Shown piece by piece: positions 56,945 through 64,000 of a DNA stretch of 64,000 nt. Within the stretch, counting starts at the first letter, position 1. Every line of letters begins with the position of its first letter. Source of the stretch: an uncultured Spirochaetaceae bacterium (GTDB lineage: Bacteria; Spirochaetota; Spirochaetia; SZUA-6; DRHE01); assembly GCA_964627715.1 (NCBI GenBank), contig CAZVHJ010000018.1, positions 6,955 through 70,954 on the forward strand, given 5' to 3'. Below the pieces are notes generated by a model. It worked only from the letters and a program-made list of their open reading frames with translations, was not told where the DNA came from and did not search any database. The position numbers were made by a program, and so were the translations under genes.

Positions 56945-57040
56945 GGAGCTCTCCGGTTTTAGGATGATTCTCGTAAACGAACAAGATCAGGTATCGGACG
57001 ATTTTTAATATCGCCCGATACCTTTTACGTACTACAAAAC

Positions 57041-58330
57041 TTAGTAGTAGCCTCTTTCCTTCATCATCGCTTCCACTTTGGTCGCCGCTTCATTCAGACC
57101 TGCCTTGGGGTCTTTGTCTCCCAGGATGATGGCCTGAACGATCGGATATACTATGTCGGAGGCGGGTAACCATTCCGCCACCAGGGGCGGGGTGCGGAAG
57201 TCATTGGCGGCCTGAAACTGAGCCAACTCAAGGCGTTTGGTATCCAGCTGGTTGCCGGCCGCTTTGGCGTCGGCGATAATCTTGTCCCACACCGAGTTGC
57301 GGGTGACCAAAAAGCCCAGGTTGGCCTCGGTCATCTGGCTGTCGGCACTGGTGATGAACTTGATGAAGTCCGCCGCCGTCTCTTTCTGCTGACTGGCTTT
57401 GGTGATGGAGAAGCTGTGTTGTCCAGCCCAGCCGCCGTGAATACCGGCATTCCCCCTAGGCTGGCGGGCGATGTCGAACAATCCGGCGGCCTTCGAGGCT
57501 GAAGGATCTTGGAAGTAGCTGTACCAGCCGTACCACTCGGTGTACATCACTATATTGCCGGCTACCCAGTTCTTGGCCACGTCCTCCCACACGAAGCTGG
57601 TCATGCCGGGCGGCATGGCACCGGCCTTATACAGATCCTGGAACATGGTAGCGGCCTTTACTCCACCGGGAGCATTGAAACCGGGCTTCCAGTTCTTGTC
57701 GAAGAACTCGGCGCCTTCGCAGGTCGATACCTCGTAGAACCGACCGGTCAGAGCTTCCTCTTTTCCAGCGAACTCCGTAGCATACACTCCAGCTGGCAGG
57801 TTCGGCTGCACTTTCAGAGCAGTGGCCTTGAACTCGTCCCAGGTTTCCGGAACTGTCAGGCCAAAATCCTGGAACAAATCGGTGCGGTAGTGCAGGCAGC
57901 TGATGTCGAAATGCCGCGGGATGATCCACAGCTTACCGTCCCGCTTGCCCGAATTGAGGATCATGGGGATGAAATCCTTCAAATCGTCCGTGCTGAAATA
58001 ATCATCCAGGGGTACAATCCCGTCTGCCTTGATATACTGGGTGAAGAAACTGGAGTGGTCCCAGCACACATCGTAGTCCACGGATCCGGCAGCGAAATCC
58101 GTCTTCAACTTCTTGTCGATCTGGAAGCCGTCTCCCTTGTAGACGATCTCTACTTTCATGCCCGTCTTGGCTTCCCACTTGGGGATCTCCTTGTAGAGCT
58201 CTTCATAATTCGCGCCGCCGATAAAGGCGCACTTCAGAACTGAGGGCGCCGCCGCTTCCTGTTTTCCGCCTGCAAAGGCAAAGCCGGCAACAAGCAGCAG
58301 AGCCAATGTGAGTGTTGGGAGTTTTTTCAC
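57041..58330 (-). CDS. Carbohydrate ABC transporter substrate-binding protein (family 1)
   Basis: AAGGAG 6 nt before the GTG at 58330. Signal peptide (M)KKLPTLTLALLLVAGFAFA|GGK. Confidence 0.85.
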   Translation of the reverse strand: MKKLPTLTLALLLVAGFAFAGGKQEAAAPSVLKCAFIGGANYEELYKEIPKWEAKTGMKVEIVYKGDGFQIDKKLKTDFAAGSVDYDVCWDHSSFFTQYIKADGIVPLDDYFSTDDLKDFIPMILNSGKRDGKLWIIPRHFDISCLHYRTDLFQDFGLTVPETWDEFKATALKVQPNLPAGVYATEFAGKEEALTGRFYEVSTCEGAEFFDKNWKPGFNAPGGVKAATMFQDLYKAGAMPPGMTSFVWEDVAKNWVAGNIVMYTEWYGWYSYFQDPSASKAAGLFDIARQPRGNAGIHGGWAGQHSFSITKASQQKETAADFIKFITSADSQMTEANLGFLVTRNSVWDKIIADAKAAGNQLDTKRLELAQFQAANDFRTPPLVAEWLPASDIVYPIVQAIILGDKDPKAGLNEAATKVEAMMKERGYY

Positions 58331-58448
58331 ACTTTTCTCCTTAAAATTTTTTTTCGTGGAAGCAGATGAGGCACAGGCGATCATCCGTTTCCCGTTGTAC
58401 CCACAATTTGTACCTTCATCACCTCCTCTCATTACAAACAACCGGCCC

Positions 58449-59507
58449 CTACCTGTAGGTACCGTACTCGGCGATGGTATCGAACATGGTCAAGACGTTC
58501 TCCAGGGGCGTTTCCTCCAGAATGGTATCGTGGCTAGCACCAGCCACGAAACCGCCACCCGGCTTCATGATGTCGATGACCTCTCTCGTCTTTTTACGGA
58601 CCAGCTCTGGAGTGCCCTTGATCAGGACATGGTGGGAGTCGATACATCCGTTGAACAGGATCCTGGCCCCGAACTCAGCCTTGAGGGAAACCAGATCCAT
58701 ACCCACACAGGAGGACTGGACCGCATGCAGTCCGTCCAATCCGGCTTCGATCATCGCCGGGATCAACGGTGCGAACCCGCCACAGCAGTGGAGCATCACT
58801 TTCAGATTATACTGATGACCCAGATCGATCAGCCGCTTCAAGTGGGGAAGGAGGAACCGTCGGAACAGCTCTTCTCCTACTAACGGCCCCATCTGACTAC
58901 CGAAATCATTGCCGATGAAGAAAATGTCGATCGCCTCTGCCGCGGCCTCAAAGGTTCTTCGGCTTACTTCGAAATAGAAATCAACGATACGAGTAAGCAA
59001 TGTATCGACAAAGTGAGAGTCGTCGTACAACTTGTAGTAGAAATTCTCCATCCCCACCAGATCGATGGCATCATGCCAGTAGGGAGCCCACTCACCGCCC
59101 AGGATTGCATACTTCCCCTCGTACAGCAGCGCATCATCCATCATGTGGGAAATACTGATCCAGTCGGGATCCGGCCAGGCGTATTCCTCGAGCTCCCGCA
59201 GAGTAGCTTCGGCCAGGGGATGGGAGCGGGGCTGACCATAGCCGATCCCGCTGCGCTCGATACCGAAGGGGGTGCGGTAGATCGAACCCTCGCTGAGATG
59301 CTCCACCGGGCTGTAAGCTTCCGGTCCGGCATATCGGGAGAAGACCCTGCGGAAATCATCGTGGAATCGAATTCGCAGAGCCTCATCGTCAAGCCCGAGT
59401 TCAAGCTTGGCCTTGTCCCAGAACTCCTGCGATGCGCCACACCAGGTGGGAACTCGATCGGGCTCCTCGTGGGCAAAAGCCGCCTTAACTCTTTCCCGCG
59501 AGGTCAT
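58449..59507 (-). CDS. URO-D-fold protein, paralog P5
   Basis: MTSRERVKAAFAHEEPDRVP N-terminus. LHCCGG (H-x-C-G). C-terminal PGGGFVAGASHD, with His where P1/P3/P4 have Cys. Confidence 0.75.
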   Translation of the reverse strand: MTSRERVKAAFAHEEPDRVPTWCGASQEFWDKAKLELGLDDEALRIRFHDDFRRVFSRYAGPEAYSPVEHLSEGSIYRTPFGIERSGIGYGQPRSHPLAEATLRELEEYAWPDPDWISISHMMDDALLYEGKYAILGGEWAPYWHDAIDLVGMENFYYKLYDDSHFVDTLLTRIVDFYFEVSRRTFEAAAEAIDIFFIGNDFGSQMGPLVGEELFRRFLLPHLKRLIDLGHQYNLKVMLHCCGGFAPLIPAMIEAGLDGLHAVQSSCVGMDLVSLKAEFGARILFNGCIDSHHVLIKGTPELVRKKTREVIDIMKPGGGFVAGASHDTILEETPLENVLTMFDTIAEYGTYR

Positions 59508-60550
59508 GCAATACCCCCATCCTTTTCTCGAACGGTCGATTCCCTGACGACAAGTTGGCAGGGGACCTTTGTACTGATTTTGGGGATCTTCTTTTTTTCG
59601 ATGAGCTTCATCAACAGCCTGTACGTTTGTTCGGCGAGCAGGCTTGTGGGCTGTTGTACAGAGGTAATGGGCACCCGCAGGTATTTGGTATAACGCTCAT
59701 CTCCGTAGCCGGCGACCAGGATATCTCGAGGAACCTTGATATCCTGCTCCCATAGAGCTACGAGAACGCCCAGTGCGATCTCGTCGTTTACACCCATAAC
59801 CGCCTCTACGCCCTGCAGCGCTCCATCTGCAATAAGCCGCCGGGCAATCTTGTAACCATCTTCCTGAAAGAATCCGCTCTCGAGAAACAGACGCTCATCT
59901 ACAGGAATCTTGTGTTCGCGGAACGCCTTCCAATAGCCGGCGATACGTTCGATAGTGACGCTGGTTTCTTTGTCCCCGCAGAGAAAGAGAATTTTACGGG
60001 CACCCTGCTCGATCAGGTGATTGACCAGGAGGTAACTGCCCTGCACGTCATCGCTGGTTACCGAATAAAAAGGCTTGTCGATAAAGTAACGATCGAGAAG
60101 GATCAGCGGGATGTTGCGGCTGCGGATGTCCTCGAGAAGCCCCAGGTTGTGCTGCCCCTTAGCCGGGGCTACGACAATTCCATTAACCCTCCGGGAGAGG
60201 ATCATTTCAATGGCTTTACGTTCCGGTTCCGGGTCCTCGTAGCTGTGGGCCAACAGGATGTCGTAGCCGGCTTCATCTAGCCTCCGACTCAGGTGATAGC
60301 AGATCTCATTAAAGAAGATCTGCATGATGTCCGGGATCAGCAGTCCGATGACCCGGCTGTCCTTCTGTACCAAATGACGGGCTAGAAAGTTTGGTCGGTA
60401 ATTTAGTTCCTTGGCTAAAGCGAGGATCTGTTGCTTGGTTTCCTCGCTAATATGGATTCCCTCATCTGCCTTGCCGTTGAGAACCCGAGACACCGTGGCT
60501 ATGCTCTTGTTGGCACGCTTGGCAATATCTGCCAGGGTCGCGTAGGGCAT
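59504..60550 (-). CDS. LacI-family transcriptional regulator
   Basis: ATLADIAKRANKSIATVSRVLNGK HTH plus a periplasmic-binding-protein-like core. Its start and stop codons overlap the flanking URO-D genes. Confidence 0.9.
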   Translation of the reverse strand: MPYATLADIAKRANKSIATVSRVLNGKADEGIHISEETKQQILALAKELNYRPNFLARHLVQKDSRVIGLLIPDIMQIFFNEICYHLSRRLDEAGYDILLAHSYEDPEPERKAIEMILSRRVNGIVVAPAKGQHNLGLLEDIRSRNIPLILLDRYFIDKPFYSVTSDDVQGSYLLVNHLIEQGARKILFLCGDKETSVTIERIAGYWKAFREHKIPVDERLFLESGFFQEDGYKIARRLIADGALQGVEAVMGVNDEIALGVLVALWEQDIKVPRDILVAGYGDERYTKYLRVPITSVQQPTSLLAEQTYRLLMKLIEKKKIPKISTKVPCQLVVRESTVREKDGGIA

Positions 60551-61776
60551 TAGACTACCGCCTCGAACATGGCAACGATATTCTCCGGGGGCACCTCCGG
60601 GAGGATGTTGTGAACCGTGTTGAAGACGAACCCACCGCCCGGAGTAAAGATCTCCAGCCGCCGCTTCACCTGTTCCTTCACTTCCCGGGGCGTGGCCCGA
60701 TTCAGAACATGACGGGTATCGACTCCACCCCCCCAGAACGTCAGATCTTTGCCGAACTCAGCCTTCAGTTTGGCCGGTTCCATATTTCTCGCATTGGTCT
60801 GTACAGGATTAATGATCTCAAAACCTGCTTCGATCAGGTGCGGGAGCAGCTCGTAAATCGATCCACAGGTATGGAGGAAGGTGTGCATTCGACTGTGCTT
60901 TTTTACGAAGTCGCACAATTTGGCGTGCCGGGATTTGAACAGCTTCTCATAGATCTCCGGCGGCATGAAAGGTCCCTGATCCATTCCCAGGTCATCCCCG
61001 AAGCGGGCGATGTCCACCAGATCCCCAACGGCGGTGCAGACCTTTTCCAGAAAGGAGAGATGCTGCTCCATTAGCGCATCGAGCAGCCGTTCCACGTTAT
61101 ACTGATCCGCTACTAGGTCCATCAGGAAGTTGTCCAATCTCCTCAAGAAACTCCCCCATTCGAAGAGATTGCACCCAACCACGATCATCAACGCCTGATC
61201 CATCGAATCTTTGAGCTGCAGAGTGCGGTTGCGAAGGGTCTTCCAAAAATCCGGTTCTGAAGCGTGATCCCAGGGACTGTGAACCAGGGCTGCCCAGAGG
61301 ATCTTGCCCATCTCCTCGGAAAGATTCTCGAAGGAGTCAGGATAGCCGTTGAGATAGGGGAAATAGGTCTGATCGAAGAATGTACCCTTGGACGGCATCT
61401 TCGCAATCACCTGCCCGCCGACCGAGGCTTCCCAGCTTCCGTCGGACTGCAGGACAGGTTGAAACCAGGACGGATACTGAGCTTTGCTACCGTCGGCCAA
61501 CTCAACGTCGTACCAGTCCGAATCCGCAGTGTTGAAGGTGCGACCGATATCCACAACATCGATTCCGAAGCGCTCCAGGATAAAATCCTCCGGCTGGGCG
61601 AGCTGCTGCACCACGTCGTACACCCGAGTGTGACCGCGGGTCTCACCCAGGTGAGCCTTCAGTCGACCATAGGCAATAGCCGAAATGCCGGAGCTTGGAG
61701 TGGAACCCAGATCCACCGGTACTCTATCCGGTTCCCTGTGGTCAATAGCGGCAAGAATCCGTTCCCGCGAAGTCAT
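60550..61776 (-). CDS. URO-D-fold protein, paralog P6
   Basis: AGGAGA 6 nt before the ATG at 61776. MTSRERILAAIDHREPDRVP, LHTCGS, and C-terminal PGGGFVFNTVHN. Confidence 0.75.
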   Translation of the reverse strand: MTSRERILAAIDHREPDRVPVDLGSTPSSGISAIAYGRLKAHLGETRGHTRVYDVVQQLAQPEDFILERFGIDVVDIGRTFNTADSDWYDVELADGSKAQYPSWFQPVLQSDGSWEASVGGQVIAKMPSKGTFFDQTYFPYLNGYPDSFENLSEEMGKILWAALVHSPWDHASEPDFWKTLRNRTLQLKDSMDQALMIVVGCNLFEWGSFLRRLDNFLMDLVADQYNVERLLDALMEQHLSFLEKVCTAVGDLVDIARFGDDLGMDQGPFMPPEIYEKLFKSRHAKLCDFVKKHSRMHTFLHTCGSIYELLPHLIEAGFEIINPVQTNARNMEPAKLKAEFGKDLTFWGGGVDTRHVLNRATPREVKEQVKRRLEIFTPGGGFVFNTVHNILPEVPPENIVAMFEAVV

Positions 61777-61797
61777 CCCCAATCTCCTGTTCGACCC

Positions 61798-62967
61798 TCA
61801 AACCAGTTCCGGAATGTCGTATTCGCCGAGATTCAGCGGGTATTTGCCGTACTCCCTCACCAGCTTGACCACATAATCGTAGTTCTTTCCGGATACGTTG
61901 CTGGGAACCGAATGATCGGACTGGAAGATAAAGCCTCCCCCCTTGGCGGCGTTCAGTTTCCTCAGAACCATCTTTTTCAACTCCTCCTCGCTCGCCTCAG
62001 CCCAGACCTGGACGTCCATGTTGCCGCAGAATCCGATTCTATGGCCGTAGGTTCGGCGAAGCTCTACCACGTCCAGTCCCGCTTTCGCCTCCAAGGGATT
62101 GTAGGCATCCACACCGATCTCTATGAAATCCTCGAATATCCGACTGACATTTCCGCAACCGTGATAAATCACCGGCAGCCCGCTTTCATGGCAGACGTCG
62201 ACAATCGCCTTCACACCGGGTTTGAAATGCTTGCGCCAATACTCGGGGGAGAACAGCATATCGTTTCTGTAGGCTACATCCCCCCAAATCACAATTCCGT
62301 CAAGCAATCCATCAGCTGCCTGGATCTGGGCCTTGGTAAGCTCGAGATTGAACTCGTTGACTCGTTGGACGAAAGCGGCCAGCTCTTCAGGATACAGACC
62401 GATCCAGAGCATGACATTTTCACTTCCGATGATCCGCCATAACTCCTCGTGGCCTTCACAAACCGAGCCGTACACGGGGAAATTAGGGTGAAGAGCTTTC
62501 ACCGTGTCGATCCAGGCCGGAAGGTCCCGGGCAAAGCCGTCTCCAACACCGGCCAGTTGGTTGTCCCCGCCCTTCAGGTACCGCCGATCGTCCCAGGGGT
62601 GGTCGAACTCGAAAGCCCGCATCTTCTCGATCGTATCCGTTTCGAACTTGAGAAAACGGGGCATGGGATCGGCGAACTTCTTCTGAATCACCGCCTCAAA
62701 CCCTGTGCGAACAACCACCTCCTCCTCGTTCTCGCTGATAATCTCGAAGCTCTTGATGTGGGGATCCATGTTGGGAATGGTTACGATCCAGTCCAGGTCG
62801 TAGTAAGTATAGATGTCGGTATCCGCCGGCAATCCCAGCTCCTCCTGCCAGCGCTTGATGAAGCTACCCCAGAAAAAATCGCTGATAGGAACCCGGTCCG
62901 CCTCTTCATGCTGGAGGGTTTTGGTCATCCGCTCTAGTTTCTCCCGGCATTTCTGCGTTCGTTCCAT
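61798..62967 (-). CDS. URO-D-fold protein, paralog P7
   Basis: GAGGGGGG RBS before the ATG at 62967. HEEADRVP, YHGCGN, and C-terminal KGGGFIFQSDHS. Confidence 0.75.
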   Translation of the reverse strand: MERTQKCREKLERMTKTLQHEEADRVPISDFFWGSFIKRWQEELGLPADTDIYTYYDLDWIVTIPNMDPHIKSFEIISENEEEVVVRTGFEAVIQKKFADPMPRFLKFETDTIEKMRAFEFDHPWDDRRYLKGGDNQLAGVGDGFARDLPAWIDTVKALHPNFPVYGSVCEGHEELWRIIGSENVMLWIGLYPEELAAFVQRVNEFNLELTKAQIQAADGLLDGIVIWGDVAYRNDMLFSPEYWRKHFKPGVKAIVDVCHESGLPVIYHGCGNVSRIFEDFIEIGVDAYNPLEAKAGLDVVELRRTYGHRIGFCGNMDVQVWAEASEEELKKMVLRKLNAAKGGGFIFQSDHSVPSNVSGKNYDYVVKLVREYGKYPLNLGEYDIPELV

Positions 62968-63006
62968 GAATCCCCCCTCGATCAGTCGAATAATCAAACC
63001 TTATAC

Positions 63007-63051
63007 GTTAAACGCTTAACATAATTCTAACCAATTCTGCCTGGTTGTCAA
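63007..63051 (-). promoter_or_regulatory. Sigma-70-like promoter with overlapping LacI-type palindromic operator
   Basis: Minus strand: TTGACA (63051-63046), 16-nt spacer, TAGAAT (63029-63024). Three nt downstream lies the 14-bp palindrome GTTAAGCGTTTAAC (63020-63007; 12 of 14 positions symmetric, central CG). Confidence 0.55.
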
Positions 63052-63105
63052 GTTTTTTTCTAACCCCAACCGCCGGTTAAGTTCCGGTATCTTTTTGCTG
63101 ATTCC

Positions 63106-63429
63106 CTAATCGGTGTGGAAAACCTCTTCCATCTCAGCCCACCACTCGCCCTCGGTCCTTGTCTCCAGAGGCTCCTGCATGGGCATCATGATATCCCACC
63201 ATTCCTGGGTTTTCGGATCTGCCGCCATCTTCACCATATCCGCAGCAAAATCCGTACCGACATACTCAAAGTAGGCGAACAGATAGCCACCCTTGTGAAA
63301 GATCGAGTAGTTGCGAATGTTGCACTTCCGAATCATCTCGAGTATTTCCGGCCAGACTTCCGCGTGGTACCTCTTGTACTCCTCCAACTTCTCCGCTTTC
63401 ACCCGGATGAGTTGTCCGTGTCTCTTCAT
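63106..63429 (-). CDS. rhaM: L-rhamnose mutarotase
   Basis: About 107 aa with MKRHGQLIRVKAEKLEEYKRYHAEVWPE...NYSIF...LFAYFEY...WW, characteristic of RhaM/YiiL. Confidence 0.85.
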   Translation of the reverse strand: MKRHGQLIRVKAEKLEEYKRYHAEVWPEILEMIRKCNIRNYSIFHKGGYLFAYFEYVGTDFAADMVKMAADPKTQEWWDIMMPMQEPLETRTEGEWWAEMEEVFHTD

Positions 63430-63489
63430 AGTCAATTCTCCTCTCTCAAACTAAATACCTTCAACCTCACGACGCCCTGTCGAGACAGG

Positions 63490-64000
63490 TCACGTCCGAT
63501 CACTGGTCGCCCGTTCTGCAAGCATCCTTAGAATCTGTCCGGCAGCACCGCGAAAAATGAACTGCGCTTCGTGATCCAGACCTGTTGGCTGGTTGTTGAT
63601 GATCGCGACCTTCCCCTCATGATGACGGGTTTCTCCCGGGATTCCCGCCGCTGGATACACCTGCAGGGAGGTTCCCACGGTTATCAGCAGATCTGCCATC
63701 CCGGCCTCAGCAAAGGCCCGCCGCGTCTCCTCCTCAGGCATAGCCTGGCCGAAGGAGATAGTGGCCGGCTTCAGCCATCCGCCGCAGTCATCGCAGCGGG
63801 GGCATTCGGTGGATGGGTCCGGATGCTTGTCAAAAAAGAACAGCACCTCCTCCCACTCAAAACGCTTTCGGCACTGCAGACAGGTGATGTAGGCACTACT
63901 GCCGTGAAGCTCGATCACCCTGTCCGCAGGGATACCAGCTTTCTGATGAAGTCCATCGATATTCTGGGTGATCATGGTTTTCAAGTACCCCGCCTCGAAC
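63490..64000 (-). CDS. cobB: Sir2-family NAD-dependent protein deacylase (5' end outside window)
   Basis: TQNIDGLH, HGS, Zn ribbon CLQC...CPRCDDCGG, and VGTSLQVYPA. The reading frame stays open to the window edge. Confidence 0.8.
   Translation of the reverse strand, partial: FEAGYLKTMITQNIDGLHQKAGIPADRVIELHGSSAYITCLQCRKRFEWEEVLFFFDKHPDPSTECPRCDDCGGWLKPATISFGQAMPEEETRRAFAEAGMADLLITVGTSLQVYPAAGIPGETRHHEGKVAIINNQPTGLDHEAQFIFRGAAGQILRMLAERATSDRT

Overview
The window looks like a 64-kb chromosomal segment from an anaerobic bacterium. It is probably diderm, because both ABC substrate-binding proteins carry Sec-type AFA|GG signal peptides without a lipobox Cys. I found no rRNA, tRNA, CRISPR array, transposase, integrase or reverse transcriptase. 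There are four main blocks. (1) 325-14951 (+) is one long co-directional cluster. It contains a pterin-binding methyltransferase (AcsE/MeTr-like), two half-size HdrA-like flavoproteins, MvhD, MetV, MetF, an HdrC-like protein, a 1491-aa HdrL-type HdrA fusion with a GltD/NfnB-like NAD(P)H module, a second MvhD, the cytoplasmic [NiFe] hydrogenase MvhG/MvhA and its maturation protease. No HdrB (CCG-domain) gene is visible. (2) Two carbohydrate ABC (CUT1-type) loci, 15054-24142 with a ROK regulator and 52159-63435 with a LacI regulator, together contain SEVEN paralogs of the uroporphyrinogen-decarboxylase (URO-D/MtaA-CmuA) fold. They sit among permeases, binding proteins and sugar isomerases/epimerases (AGE-family epimerase, L-fucose isomerase, rhamnose mutarotase). 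This repeated transporter + isomerase + multi-URO-D architecture is my best candidate for an undescribed system. One possibility is O2-independent processing, such as demethylation, of modified sugars. (3) Housekeeping genes: valS, clpB, nrdR-nrdD-nrdG, cysE, add, plus MgtC-family, nitroreductase, HAD phosphatase, PadR and ECF sigma genes. (4) A small decayed accessory patch at 26.0-28.8 kb. It holds a DUF4160/DUF2442 pair, a fragmented glycosyltransferase, and an XRE-HTH protein fused to a CarH-type B12-binding photoreceptor module. A tctA deletion pseudogene and a single-domain cereblon-like (CULT) protein next to clpB lie elsewhere. All functional calls come from reading motifs in the supplied translations. 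I ran no database search.
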